DNA of 64,000 nt from a virus. Its lineage: Duplodnaviria > Caudoviricetes. The position numbers and the translations under genes are program-made. Positions within the stretch are counted from its first letter, which is position 1. Every line of letters starts with the position of its first letter. Positions 14,683 to 25,207 of this stretch are shown here, in pieces. The DNA is taken from IMG/VR virus record IMGVR_UViG_3300007276_000047, positions 6,529-70,528 of that record; one strand, written 5' to 3'. Below the pieces are notes generated by a model that was not told where the DNA came from, ran no database searches, and was given only the letters and a program-made list of their open reading frames with translations.

Positions 14683-17049
14683 TTATGGAACAACGTGTGT
14701 GCTAATGGTCGCCCAAGTGTTAGCAGAGCCCGCAACCAGCGAATCCCCTGTGGAGCTTAGGTTTCTTACTCTAAAACTTATGTAATCAGTAGCCGCTAAA
14801 TCCAAAACTGCTGAGACTGAAAAGGATTGTGTTGCGGTAGAGCTAGCACGTGCCTGTACTTTTTTGGCTTCTAAACCATTTTTATAAATTAAAATTTGTA
14901 GTGAATCCAGGTCAGCATTTACATTAAAAGCGGCCGTAAAATGCACATTAACTCTTTCTGATTTTGTTGCTGTGTATTTATCCGAAGCCCAATTAGAATT
15001 ACTATCCCATTCTTCTGTCCAACCTGTTACTTGAGTGACACTTGTGGTTGAGAGAGTAAATGTGCTGGTCAAATAAATTGAAACAGAAGAATAATCAGAC
15101 AACATCATAGCGCCTGCGGCAGTCACGTTCGCAGCGTCTGTAACATCTGCCCCTGCTTCTACCCCTGTTGTAGCACCAACGGTTAACCCTGGCGCAGTAC
15201 CGGTTATGTTAGTACCAACAAGTGTCGATGGTGTTCCTAAGTTTGGCGTGACCAATGTAGGACTAGTTCCAAAAACTAATGCACCCGAACCAGTTTCATC
15301 CGATATAACCCCTGATAATTGTGCCGAAGTAGTTGCCGCAAATTGAGATAGTGGATTAGCAACTAAAGCATCACCCCCGCCAGCTAAGGCTACCCAAGAT
15401 GATGTGTTATCCCCATCTGCTTGTAATACCTTACCTGCTGTTTCCCCTGTTGATACTATCGCTGTGCCTTCTGGTGGGTTTATTGTTCCCGCCTGGTCTA
15501 CGTCGAGCGTGGTTCTAGCCGCTGCTGCGGTAGCGTCATCAACTAACGTAGCGCCAAATGTGCTAATAGTTGTTGAAGCTGGCAGTACTAATGTTTTAAT
15601 GTTAGCGTCAACTTCGCTATCGTCCAGCTTGCCATCTAAATCTGCTTGTAAGCCTGTAGTATCTGCAATAACTAAAGCCCTAGCAGCTGATTGATTACTA
15701 GCGTTACCAATGAATACATTGCCCTCATCCAAGTTAGGAGTAGCGTTAGAACGCCCTGCGCCACCCACTTTAATAGTGCCATTACTTGAGTGTACTCGTT
15801 CTACAGTACCTATGTTTTGTATCTTAGCAGCCTCTCCGGTAGGGGCGACATTAGTTAATGTTCCCGCAGTTGTAGACACATAAATAGGTTGTCCAACCGC
15901 CCAACCAGCGTAATCTGTCTGAATACCTTTAAGAGAACCAAAGGTTACAATTTCTAAATCGTTGTTATCTGAAGCTGTTGTAGCAGCTAAACCAAAGGCT
16001 GGCATAGTAGCAGCATCAGCATCCGCTAGGGTTACTTCAGGAGTATTACCAGAGATTCCTGAGATGGCTATAGCCTGTCCCTTAGTAATTGTACCACCTG
16101 ATCTATTCTTAGCTGTAAATTGAACAGCTCCGTTTAAAGGGCCAATGAAATCAGTAGCAGTGACTGTACCTGTAAAGGTTGCACCAGTGAGCATTGCTGC
16201 ACCGGCAGCGGTTACATTAGTGGTATCCGTTACATCAGCAAGAGCTTCGATACCATCGAGCTTTGAATGATCCGCGTTTGTAAAGTTTTGATCGGTCTTA
16301 ACGTACGTTGCGTCAACTACATAGTTTGCGTTGTACGCCTGAACACTAACCCCTATGTCAGCGTCTTTAAGTATAGTTGCATCAGAGGGTTCGTAGGCAC
16401 TAGGGTCGAAGGCTTTAACGGCTGCGAGGTTAGTGACTTCACTATCCATTAACGCTCCAGCGGCCGTTACGTTAGCTGTATCGGCTGTAAGTTTTGCCGT
16501 ATTAGCAGTAACCTCCGCTTGAATAGCTGTGTCATTATAAACTGTGTCTGTGTAATTCCCTGGGTGAATATCTGATGCACCTTGGTCTAATGTCCAATCT
16601 ACTGCGTCTACTCCTGGGTCCCCTTGAATACCCTGAATACCTTGAATCCCCTGTGGTCCAGTGTCCCCCTGTATTCCTTGTATTCCCTGAGGACCTACAT
16701 CCCCCGTAAGTCCTGTTTCTCCTTGTATCCCTTGAATACCTTGATCGCCTTGGATACCTTGGATTCCTTGAGGTCCCGCTACTCCAGTAGCTCCCGTGTC
16801 CCCAGTAGCTCCCGTGTCACCAGTAATGCCTTGAATTCCCTGAGGGCCGGTTGGGCCAGTATCCCCGGTTAATCCTTGTATTCCCTGTATCCCTTGAGGC
16901 CCGGTGTCTCCTGTGTCCCCTTTAATTCCTTGCGGGCCCAGATTATTAGCAAAAGTAACTTCGTATGGGGAGGAGGTTAACGTTACTTGCTGTAGGGTAC
17001 TGGATACAGTTACCTGTATAGCTGCAGGGTTTGTTAGAATAATCTCCAT
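14683..17049 (-). CDS. Collagen-like fibre protein with a central cement-like beta domain and a C-terminal gC1q-like domain
   Basis: 37 uninterrupted G-X-Y triplets, three NVTAAGAxM repeats, and a C-terminal beta sandwich (ILIYKNG...[14 protein letters not shown]). Confidence 0.8.
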   Translation of the reverse strand: MEIILTNPAAIQVTVSSTLQQVTLTSSPYEVTFANNLGPQGIKGDTGDTGPQGIQGIQGLTGDTGPTGPQGIQGITGDTGATGDTGATGVAGPQGIQGIQGDQGIQGIQGETGLTGDVGPQGIQGIQGDTGPQGIQGIQGIQGDPGVDAVDWTLDQGASDIHPGNYTDTVYNDTAIQAEVTANTAKLTADTANVTAAGALMDSEVTNLAAVKAFDPSAYEPSDATILKDADIGVSVQAYNANYVVDATYVKTDQNFTNADHSKLDGIEALADVTDTTNVTAAGAAMLTGATFTGTVTATDFIGPLNGAVQFTAKNRSGGTITKGQAIAISGISGNTPEVTLADADAATMPAFGLAATTASDNNDLEIVTFGSLKGIQTDYAGWAVGQPIYVSTTAGTLTNVAPTGEAAKIQNIGTVERVHSSNGTIKVGGAGRSNATPNLDEGNVFIGNASNQSAARALVIADTTGLQADLDGKLDDSEVDANIKTLVLPASTTISTFGATLVDDATAAAARTTLDVDQAGTINPPEGTAIVSTGETAGKVLQADGDNTSSWVALAGGGDALVANPLSQFAATTSAQLSGVISDETGSGALVFGTSPTLVTPNLGTPSTLVGTNITGTAPGLTVGATTGVEAGADVTDAANVTAAGAMMLSDYSSVSIYLTSTFTLSTTSVTQVTGWTEEWDSNSNWASDKYTATKSERVNVHFTAAFNVNADLDSLQILIYKNGLEAKKVQARASSTATQSFSVSAVLDLAATDYISFRVRNLSSTGDSLVAGSANTWATISTHVVP
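16606..16938 (-). repeat. Collagen G-X-Y repeat tract (GPQ/GIQ/GDT)
   Basis: aa 38-148 of the fibre protein. Confidence 0.95.
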
Positions 17050-17336
17050 TACTTAACTCCTACTAAGTTGACCCGCGTATTTTTTATTTGTCCACTACCA
17101 TAGTCCCAAGCTAACTGCAGAATAGTGCCCACTTTCCTAGCGGACAGTGTGGTAGTAGCAGGAATAGTAACTGTTCCGCTTGTTCCTGCCCCATTAAGCG
17201 TAGAAGATAAAGCCTCTACTGTATTTAAATTAGCGTCTACAATACTGGCCGTTAAAGTTGCGCCTCCGGTATCATTTGTAATAGTAATAACCGACTGATC
17301 TCCAGCTACTACTTCTAAATCTAATAGTGTTGCCAT
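17049..17336 (-). CDS. Small beta-rich virion protein, putative fibre adaptor (BppU-N-like)
   Basis: Start at 17336, after GAGG. TAATG-coupled to the fibre gene. Confidence 0.55.
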   Translation of the reverse strand: MATLLDLEVVAGDQSVITITNDTGGATLTASIVDANLNTVEALSSTLNGAGTSGTVTIPATTTLSARKVGTILQLAWDYGSGQIKNTRVNLVGVK

Positions 17337-17437
17337 GTTAAATCCTCGTAATTGTGTATATTGCACTTACTATAAATAGTTTGTAAGTAGATAATTTTCT
17401 GTTAGTCTTGCAACTTAACCAACAAGGAGAAGTAACT

Positions 17438-17704
17438 ATGAGTAAAAAAGTAGACCCACAATTAATAGAAGACTTAGTATCTTCCTTATCTTACACCTTT
17501 AAACGAGTAGGTAAAAGCACTGTTATAGGATGTTGGAGCTTTTTACCTAATGGCTTTCAAGTAGGGTATGGTTCTGCTGCATGTATTGATCCAGCTAATT
17601 TCGATCGTAAATTAGGTCGAAAACTAGCTAAAAAGCAATGTATGGAGAAATCACGTACTAAACTCTGGGAGTTAGAAGGCTATAAAGCCTCTACCCTTAA
17701 GTAA
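17438..17704 (+). CDS. N4 Gp49/Sf6 gp66-like family protein
   Basis: NGFQVGYGSAACIDPANFDRKLG...LWELEGY signature. Start at 17438, after AGGAG. Confidence 0.75.
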   Translation: MSKKVDPQLIEDLVSSLSYTFKRVGKSTVIGCWSFLPNGFQVGYGSAACIDPANFDRKLGRKLAKKQCMEKSRTKLWELEGYKASTLK

Positions 17705-17717
17705 CTAATACTGACGA

Positions 17718-17773
17718 CTACCCGCCTCCCATTCTCGGAGCGAAGCGAGGAGAATAAGGGAGGAAGCGGGTAG
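17718..17773 (+). promoter_or_regulatory. Long imperfect hairpin with GCGAAGC loop and GAGGAAGCGG basal motif
   Basis: Helices CTACCCGC/GCGGGTAG, CTCCC/GGGAG and ATTCTC/GAGAAT. Overlaps the SD of the next gene. Confidence 0.6.
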
Positions 17774-17788
17774 GAGGACAGGAGATAT

Positions 17789-18508
17789 ATGAGTAAAAAT
17801 ATTCCAGCGCCTATATTTAATGAATTTTCTGCTAAATCAGTGGAGGAGTTATTAGGTATTAAGAAACCATCAAAAAGCCTAGTAGATAAGATAAACCAAT
17901 TAGCTACTAGCGTAGAATTATCTGAGTCTTATAAAGATAACCTAGTTACCTTTACTTCAGTATTAACTAAAGGCGCTTTTACTCCTGCTCAATATGTATC
18001 GGCTGTGCAATATGTAAGTTATAGACTTATGGGCCAGACTATACAAGATGCTTGGAGAAAGACATTCCCAGAAAGGTACCAGACTTTATTAAGTAAGGGT
18101 ACGCCGGCCAAAGATATCTCTTCGCATGCTTCTGCGTATAATAAGACTAAGTTAGTTAATTTAATTACTGAGCAGTCCTTAATACCCAGTTACATAATAA
18201 ATAACCATTACTTTCAAGAAGCTTTGGATGTACAGGTATCGATTATGAGAGATCACACCCAATCAGGTAAAGTTAGATCAGATGCCGCAGCTAAAGTTAA
18301 AGAGTACACTGTTATGCCAGATGCCATTATAACCAACAAGGAAGAGGTATCTTCTAAAGGTATGGATATTATTGCTGAATTGGCTAAGAGTGTTACAGCC
18401 TTAGCCGAAGGTAAACGAACTTCTATTATCGAGGGTAGAGCGACCGCTCAAGAAATAGCTAGGAAACCGGTGTACCAAATTGAAGATGCGGAGCTTATAA
18501 GTGAGTAG
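17789..18508 (+). CDS. N4 gp69-like protein (putative terminase small subunit)
   Basis: Directly upstream of the terminase large subunit. YVSAVQYVSY and VRSDAAAK resemble the N4 family. Confidence 0.7.
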   Translation: MSKNIPAPIFNEFSAKSVEELLGIKKPSKSLVDKINQLATSVELSESYKDNLVTFTSVLTKGAFTPAQYVSAVQYVSYRLMGQTIQDAWRKTFPERYQTLLSKGTPAKDISSHASAYNKTKLVNLITEQSLIPSYIINNHYFQEALDVQVSIMRDHTQSGKVRSDAAAKVKEYTVMPDAIITNKEEVSSKGMDIIAELAKSVTALAEGKRTSIIEGRATAQEIARKPVYQIEDAELISE

Positions 18509-20144
18509 TACTCCAAGAAGTAGTAAAGCTACAGATACACCTACAGTAGATGAATTTCTTAATTCCGTTGATTACTCTGAAGATCCAGATTATGTGCCTT
18601 CAGCTTTTGCTGTAAAGTTTGTAGATTTTATACAGATGGTCACTGACGGCAAAGGGGAGTCCAGTCCTACCCCTACTTTCCACATGAAAATGTTAGATAA
18701 AGTGGCTACTAAGGCGCCGCGTATAGCTAGTCTGGCTGCTCGAGGTACTTCAAAGACTTCATTATTAGCTGAGTACTTAATATTCTACATAGCTGTATTT
18801 GGTAAATTAGATGGTTTCGGAGCAGTAGATGTATTGTTCTACGTTAGTGATACTATGGATAATGGGGTTAAGAACCTTAAGTCTAATATGGAGTCCCGGT
18901 ACAATAACTCAGAGTTTCTACAGAAGTATTTAGTAGAAAGTAAGTTTAACCAGAACGAAATGGCATTTACTAATGCTATGGGGCGTAAGACATATATACG
19001 TATGTTCGGTGCAGCTACCGGTATCCGTGGATTCAAAGCGTTTGGTAAACGGCCCCAGTTAGCTTTATTTGACGATCTACTATCTGATAAAAATGCCAAA
19101 AGTGATGGCATTATCGAAGATATCGAAGCTATGATCTACAAAGGAGCTAACCACGCACTAGATCCTACCCATAAGAAAATTATATTCAGTGGTACTCCGT
19201 TTAACCAAGGGGACCCTTTGTATAAAGCAGTTGAATCTGCAGCTTGGGCATCTAACGTATATCCTATTGCGGAACAGTGGCCGTGCACTAAAGAAGAATA
19301 CAGAGGCTGTTGGCCGGAACGCTTTAGTTATGAGTTCTTAGTCGATGAGTGGATGCTCGCTGTAGAAGATGGCCAACAACAAGCTTTCATGCAGGAACTT
19401 ATGCTAAGGATTACTAACCCAGACGATCGATTAGTTCAAGATGACGAGATACTCTACTATAATCGAGAAACTCTACTTAAACAGAAACATCTGTACAATT
19501 TCTATATTACTACTGATTTCTCTACGAGTGCCGCAAGAGCAGCTGACTTTAGTGCTATTTCTGTATGGGCTATAAATAGTAAGAATCATTGGTTCTGGGT
19601 AGATGGAGTATTAAAACGCCAAACCATGGATAATAATCTAGAAGACTTATTTAAGTTGGCTCACCGGTATGACCCATTAAGTGTGGGTGTCGAGATTAAC
19701 GGACAACAAGGTGGATTTATTCCTTGGATTCGTAAAGAGCAGATGTCTAGGAATATATGGTTCGATATTGCGAAGAGTACAAGTGCCAGCGGAACTACCA
19801 GAGTAGGAATACTTAGCCCCACCAATAAGAACAAATTAGATAGGTTTAACCTAGTATTGCCCCAGTTTAAAAAGGGTAAAATATGGTTACCTGAGGAATT
19901 AAAAGAAGATCCACGTATACAAGAAGCTGTAAAAGAGTTAAAAGGTGTAACAACTCGTGGTATAGTTTCGCGGAATGATGACTGGCTGGATTCTTTATCT
20001 CAATTAGGTATGATGGAAATATGGACTCCGTCTACATACTTAGGGGATGGTAGCATTCCTGTAAGAGAAGGGGATAAGCCAGACGATTTCTGGCATAAGT
20101 TTAAAGAGCCAGAAGTTAATAAAAAATCTAGTTACTTTGTGTAA
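18501..20144 (+). CDS. terL: Terminase large subunit (N4 gp68-like)
   Basis: Walker A ARGTSKTS, Walker B ALFDDL, nuclease TTDFS...DFSAI and DDWLDS. Confidence 0.93.
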   Translation: MSSTPRSSKATDTPTVDEFLNSVDYSEDPDYVPSAFAVKFVDFIQMVTDGKGESSPTPTFHMKMLDKVATKAPRIASLAARGTSKTSLLAEYLIFYIAVFGKLDGFGAVDVLFYVSDTMDNGVKNLKSNMESRYNNSEFLQKYLVESKFNQNEMAFTNAMGRKTYIRMFGAATGIRGFKAFGKRPQLALFDDLLSDKNAKSDGIIEDIEAMIYKGANHALDPTHKKIIFSGTPFNQGDPLYKAVESAAWASNVYPIAEQWPCTKEEYRGCWPERFSYEFLVDEWMLAVEDGQQQAFMQELMLRITNPDDRLVQDDEILYYNRETLLKQKHLYNFYITTDFSTSAARAADFSAISVWAINSKNHWFWVDGVLKRQTMDNNLEDLFKLAHRYDPLSVGVEINGQQGGFIPWIRKEQMSRNIWFDIAKSTSASGTTRVGILSPTNKNKLDRFNLVLPQFKKGKIWLPEELKEDPRIQEAVKELKGVTTRGIVSRNDDWLDSLSQLGMMEIWTPSTYLGDGSIPVREGDKPDDFWHKFKEPEVNKKSSYFV

Positions 20145-20152
20145 GAGGCTAC

Positions 20153-20884
20153 ATGGCAGATAAAATGGAGAATGGAAGTACATCAGTACTTCAAATAATG
20201 TCGAACCTCACTTTTGGTGAGCTGGCGCAGTATTCTGTTGGTGGCGCTGCAGAAGGAGCTATTAACGAAAAAGATTACCCTAGAGTTATGGCAGCCGTTA
20301 ACCGGGGAGTAAACCAAATTCAACAGGACTTATCACTTAACGAGAATGCCGTTAGGCTTAAACTTATTGAGGGTATTCTAACGTACCCTATTCATAGTAA
20401 GTACAGTTTAGTAACTGGTACCGAAACTCATAAGTTTGTAGATGACTCGGTATATGCTCCGTTTGAAGATGATATTTTACGTATACAGATAGTTTACGAT
20501 AAAGAGGGAAGAGAGCTCCCTATCAATAATAGGAATAGAGTAGATAGTATCTTTGTTCCGCAACATAACGTAATTCAGCACCCATTCGTACAGGATGGCG
20601 ATATACTGGGGGTGGTCTACACTAGATTTACTCGGCCGGCCCAAGTAACTACAGCTGAAGAAGCCAGTACAACTTATTTGGCTATTCCTGATTACACGCT
20701 TAATGCTCTATACGCTTATGTGGCGAGTATAATGAGTGCGGGAATAACTACCCAACAAGAAATATCGGATACACAGGTCTGGCGCCAAGAGTATGAAAGG
20801 CTAATAGCTAAAATGAAGAATACTCCCGCAATTCCGGAAAACGATACCGTAAATACAAAATTAACAGACAAAGGCTTTATTTAG
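20153..20884 (+). CDS. Head-tail adaptor (N4 gp67-like)
   Basis: Synteny. LSNLTFGEL...DILRI...N motif pattern. Confidence 0.7.
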   Translation: MADKMENGSTSVLQIMSNLTFGELAQYSVGGAAEGAINEKDYPRVMAAVNRGVNQIQQDLSLNENAVRLKLIEGILTYPIHSKYSLVTGTETHKFVDDSVYAPFEDDILRIQIVYDKEGRELPINNRNRVDSIFVPQHNVIQHPFVQDGDILGVVYTRFTRPAQVTTAEEASTTYLAIPDYTLNALYAYVASIMSAGITTQQEISDTQVWRQEYERLIAKMKNTPAIPENDTVNTKLTDKGFI

Positions 20885-20898
20885 GCCAGGAGCAGTAC

Positions 20899-22905
20899 AT
20901 GCAAACTCCATTAGATGGCCTAAGTGCCAACCAACTAGTAGAACAGTATATTGGAACAGCTTACGAGAATGTAAAACTTGTGGCGGAGAATACAGAAAAC
21001 GTCAATGCTACAGCCGCAAACGCATCTAATATTAATACTCTAGCAACGAAAGTTGCAGATATTGAGGCCGTAGCAGATATCTCTGCGAGTGTAACGACAG
21101 TAGCGGGAATTTCAAATGAAGTAGTTGCGCTAAGCGGTGCAGCTTCTAGTATTAGTGCTATAGCCTCTATAACTGATGCAGTTGTAGCAGTAGCAGCTAA
21201 TAACGACGACTTATCTGCTTATCAAGATTTAATAAATAATTTTACGAGTCTTCATATTCCACTAAATTCAGATATTTTAACTACTGATTACACAGGTATT
21301 GATTCTTTATACACAGACGGGGGGACTACTCTTAATGATGGTCTAGGTACTCATTGGATTGCTACTGGAGTGACTACTATTGGTAAAGCCAGTACTGCTG
21401 AAGGGTGGAGAGATGCTGTATTTGATTTAGTAGGTAATGAGTATAAGCGTAAAGAACCTTTTGCTATTATTTTATTAGGTTCTGGGCAATCGAATATGCA
21501 GGGATCCAGTGAAGTACCTAATGGTATACGTGCTGCTACAGGTACATCAGAACTAATTGAACCCGGTGTTTTTACTTGGGATTATAATAATAAAGTATTT
21601 GAAGTACCAGTTTGGGGAAGTACCCCATTAACAGGAGATGGGTCTAATAATGCAGCTATATCTTGTGCCAACGAACTTAAACGTCAAACTGGACGGGATG
21701 TTTATGTCTTAATAAATGCAAGTGGTGGTAAATCTATAGGAAAATGGGTAGATACAGGCATTACTTCTGAGTTTTGGGCAAATGAGGGTAGTGGGGGTAC
21801 TGCTTTTTCTGTATTAAGTCAGATAGAACAAAGTGGTGTTGAACGAATAGACTTAACTCTATGGCTACAAGGAGAACAAGATAAAAATCAATCTGTGGAT
21901 GGCTATAACACTGCTTCTCTTTACCTAGCGGGGTTAAATACTTTGCTAAACCAATTTCGCGCCTTACCTGAAACAAAAGGAAATTGGCAGTTTATTACGG
22001 GAGGAATAGGGGAATGGTATGGGCATACCGGTCCCGATAGAAATGATGTATTACTAACTCTATCGAATAATACAGATGTTGATACATCAAATATCTCAAC
22101 AAGTGGAACTACGTATTCTCCAGACGAAGGCGTTGCCTCTAGCCATTTTAGTTACGCAAGTTTAGAGCTTATAGGTAAACGTTTCGCTCACAAATATCTA
22201 AATAAGACGACAGGAGATGTAAGTACTTTAGCTAATAGTAATAATTTATTGGGGTATGTTCTTCCCCACTCTGCTACCTTAAGTAGCGGGGGTACTGAAA
22301 ATATTGATGCAAGTAATATTAAAGGAGGTGGGTATGTTAACCTCAGTAACAATACATCGGTAAATCTACCTGAACCTTTCCGGTATGATGGAGCTACTCT
22401 TATCTTCAATGTACTCACGGTATCCGTTAATTCCCCTATATTAATAAACCTTCCTGATGGTGGAACGGTATACATGGAAGGAGAAGTCAGTTTAGGTAGC
22501 AGCATTAACTTGTATTGCGAAGGTCTTTGGGAATTTATAGCTGTATCTAATAAATTATATCTTAAAAGTAGACCAAAAATAATTAAAACTCCCGGGGCTT
22601 TGGCTATACAAGATACACAACGTGATTTAGATTTTAATCAAGTTAATGGCTCAACCTGGAGATGTGATGGTGGCGTAGTCGGTTTACCTCTTGCAGATAC
22701 CATAACTGGAGCTGAAATTACAGTAATCGCGTATGCTGCAACTAATACAGGCAGTTCAGTAGTAATGACTGGGGGAGCTACAAATAAATTCATAGGGCCA
22801 AACGGCTTTTTAGATGATATACCTTTAGCCACTGCAGGAAAATTTGTAGTTCTGAGGGCTATGAATACTCGCTGGGCTGTGATTACTACGAATGTTGCTC
22901 TTTAA
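20899..22905 (+). CDS. Tail appendage/spike: N4 gp66-like N-terminus, SGNH (sialate O-acetylesterase-like) domain, C-terminal beta domains
   Basis: GSGQSNMQG (catalytic Ser), WLQGEQD, SSHFS. N-terminal QYIGTAYENVK and coiled-coil stalk. Confidence 0.8.
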   Translation: MQTPLDGLSANQLVEQYIGTAYENVKLVAENTENVNATAANASNINTLATKVADIEAVADISASVTTVAGISNEVVALSGAASSISAIASITDAVVAVAANNDDLSAYQDLINNFTSLHIPLNSDILTTDYTGIDSLYTDGGTTLNDGLGTHWIATGVTTIGKASTAEGWRDAVFDLVGNEYKRKEPFAIILLGSGQSNMQGSSEVPNGIRAATGTSELIEPGVFTWDYNNKVFEVPVWGSTPLTGDGSNNAAISCANELKRQTGRDVYVLINASGGKSIGKWVDTGITSEFWANEGSGGTAFSVLSQIEQSGVERIDLTLWLQGEQDKNQSVDGYNTASLYLAGLNTLLNQFRALPETKGNWQFITGGIGEWYGHTGPDRNDVLLTLSNNTDVDTSNISTSGTTYSPDEGVASSHFSYASLELIGKRFAHKYLNKTTGDVSTLANSNNLLGYVLPHSATLSSGGTENIDASNIKGGGYVNLSNNTSVNLPEPFRYDGATLIFNVLTVSVNSPILINLPDGGTVYMEGEVSLGSSINLYCEGLWEFIAVSNKLYLKSRPKIIKTPGALAIQDTQRDLDFNQVNGSTWRCDGGVVGLPLADTITGAEITVIAYAATNTGSSVVMTGGATNKFIGPNGFLDDIPLATAGKFVVLRAMNTRWAVITTNVAL

Positions 22906-22917
22906 AAAAGGTAATCT

Positions 22918-24885
22918 ATGAAAGATCATAAAAGTAAGGCCTTACAACCTAAGTGGAAAAATGCTCCTTCTCCTGAAGACCTACGTAAAGATCTGAAGGA
23001 AGCACAGAGTTCCCACAGTAAACAGTGTGGATTAATCGATAAGTGGTTAGATAATTTAACCACTTCTGGTTCTGCAGCTGTAGAAAGCGGAGTAGGTCGA
23101 TCGAGCATAGTACCTAAGCTTATACGTAAGCATGCGGAATGGAGATATGCCAGCTTAAGTGAGCCTTTGCATACCGCAGCAACTTTATTTACAGCTAAAC
23201 CAGTTACAGCCGGAGACGGGCCCATTGCTGAACAAGACGGTACGGTACTTCAGCATCAATTTGAAAATGAGATTGATAAAGTAGCCCTTATAGACGAAGC
23301 CGTACGTACAGTAGTCGATGAAGGTACGGTTGTTTACCGTGTAGGCTGGGAACTAGAAACTGAAAAGCGTACCGTAGAAGTTCCGGTTGTTAAGGATGGC
23401 TATATCATTGGGGTTACAGAACGTGAAGAAGAATTCACTACTGTATCCCGGCCGACAGTAGAGATCGTTCCTTTTAAGTCTTTCTTACTGGATCCTAATG
23501 CACGAGGTAAAATTAAAGATGCACAGTTTGGTATCTTTAAGTTTCCCACTAATATTTCTAAGCTAAAAGCCCAAGGGTATGAAAATCTAGAGGCTATAAA
23601 CGTAGAATCAATATCTCAAGATGATTCAGATCTTCCTACAGACTACCGTAAGACTACTGAATTCCAGTTTGCAGATAATGCACGTAAAGAGTTTATGGCT
23701 TATGAGTACTGGGGTTTCTGGGACATTAATGATGACCAAGTTCTGGTTCCTATTGTTGCTACTTTTGTAGGCAACGTTATGGTTCGCCTGGTAGAGAATC
23801 CTTTTCCAGACAAAGCTCTTCCTTTTGTCGTTACCCAATATCTTCCGGTACGTGGAGAGAACTTCGGTGAACCGGATGGTGTACTTTTAGAGGACAACCA
23901 ATTAATTATGGGAGCTCTTACCCGGGGTATGATCGATACGGTAGGTCGCTCGGCTAACGGCCAAATAGGGCACATGGAATCGGCACTTGATGAGCCTAAT
24001 AAGTTAAAATTTAGTAGAGGAGAAGATTATACTTTCCGACAGGGAGTAGATCCTCGAATGGCTTTCTTTCACCACACATACCCAGAACTATCACGTTCTG
24101 GTTTTGAGCTTTTGCAAATGCAAGCTGGTGAAGCAGAAAGTATGACTGGAGTTAAAACTTACGGTGAAGGAGTTAGTGGGGCGGCTCTAGGTGATGTAGC
24201 TGCCGGCGTTAAAGGAGCTCTTAGTGCTGCAGCTAAACGCGAATCCGGAATACTTAGACGTATCGCTAGTGGCTTAACTGACGTAGCTAAAAAAGTTATG
24301 AGTATGAATGAAGTATTCTTAGAGCCTGAGATGGTCGAAAGAATTACAGGTAAACCTTATGTACAGCCTCAACCTGGATTACGAACTACAGATGTACGCG
24401 TTAAGATTCGTACAGCTGAAGAAGATAGTCAACTAGCCGCAGATCTAGCTTTCGTTAGTCAAACTACTGAAGATCCTGGTTTACGTCAGTTATTAACCAG
24501 TAAGGTAGCAGAGCTTAAAAATATGCCTGAAGTAGCTGAGCTCATTAAAAGTTATAAGCCAGAACCTGATCCTGCTCAACAAGAAATGCAAATGTTGCAA
24601 ATGGAACTACTTAAAGCACAAATTGCTAACGAGCAAGGTAAAGCACACAATAACCAAAGCAGTGGTATGTTGGATATGGCTAAAGCTCAGACAGAGACTG
24701 TTAAAGCCCAAACTGAAATGGCTAAGGCTCAGAATCTTGCTGCAGATACCGATCTTAAGAAGTTAGAGTTCGTGGAAGAAGAGACCGGTACTAATCATGA
24801 ACGTGCCAGAGATTTGCTTAAAGTACAAGCAGAGGGTAATATCCACTATAAGGCCTTTGAAAAAAGAATCGAGGACGTTGAATAA
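22918..24885 (+). CDS. Portal protein (N4 gp59-like)
   Basis: PKLIRKHAEWRYASLSEP and GEPDGVLLEDNQ...TRGMID patterns; synteny. Confidence 0.9.
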   Translation: MKDHKSKALQPKWKNAPSPEDLRKDLKEAQSSHSKQCGLIDKWLDNLTTSGSAAVESGVGRSSIVPKLIRKHAEWRYASLSEPLHTAATLFTAKPVTAGDGPIAEQDGTVLQHQFENEIDKVALIDEAVRTVVDEGTVVYRVGWELETEKRTVEVPVVKDGYIIGVTEREEEFTTVSRPTVEIVPFKSFLLDPNARGKIKDAQFGIFKFPTNISKLKAQGYENLEAINVESISQDDSDLPTDYRKTTEFQFADNARKEFMAYEYWGFWDINDDQVLVPIVATFVGNVMVRLVENPFPDKALPFVVTQYLPVRGENFGEPDGVLLEDNQLIMGALTRGMIDTVGRSANGQIGHMESALDEPNKLKFSRGEDYTFRQGVDPRMAFFHHTYPELSRSGFELLQMQAGEAESMTGVKTYGEGVSGAALGDVAAGVKGALSAAAKRESGILRRIASGLTDVAKKVMSMNEVFLEPEMVERITGKPYVQPQPGLRTTDVRVKIRTAEEDSQLAADLAFVSQTTEDPGLRQLLTSKVAELKNMPEVAELIKSYKPEPDPAQQEMQMLQMELLKAQIANEQGKAHNNQSSGMLDMAKAQTETVKAQTEMAKAQNLAADTDLKKLEFVEEETGTNHERARDLLKVQAEGNIHYKAFEKRIEDVE

Positions 24886-25206
24886 ATGGCTAACTTACAG
24901 CCCCTTAGGGACGAACTAACTAGGTATCAAGCTGATGTACATCTAGCTAAGCGACTAAAGGATATTAAACTAAATCCTGCTTGGGCAGATGTTATTGATA
25001 AGGGTTTCACTGAAGCCTTAACTAAAGAAGTGGTTAATAAACTAGCCACAGCTACTCCAGAGGAGAGGCAACAACATTTAACTACCTTAACCGGTATATC
25101 TGTATTCAGGGACTACTTAGAGAACATAGTTACTAAAGGAGAGCTGGCTGAACAAGGAGTCAGAGAAACCCAGGATGCAATAATTTTACTACAACAGGAT
25201 AACTAA
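24886..25206 (+). CDS. N4 gp58-like small protein
   Basis: Synteny between the portal and scaffold genes. Confidence 0.6.
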   Translation: MANLQPLRDELTRYQADVHLAKRLKDIKLNPAWADVIDKGFTEALTKEVVNKLATATPEERQQHLTTLTGISVFRDYLENIVTKGELAEQGVRETQDAIILLQQDN

Positions 25207-25207
25207 C

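Noticed and set aside
14683-15100. Variable fibre tip as a possible diversity-generating retroelement target
   Set aside because: No reverse transcriptase and no template-repeat copy of the tip in the window.
16606-16938. Periodic DNA repeats resembling an array
   Set aside because: Fully explained by collagen G-X-Y coding. There are no constant repeats with unique spacers, so it is not CRISPR.
17340-17437. Divergent sigma70 promoters for the late and fibre operons
   Set aside because: Promoters are expected here, but only weak -10/-35 matches are visible, too poor to call.
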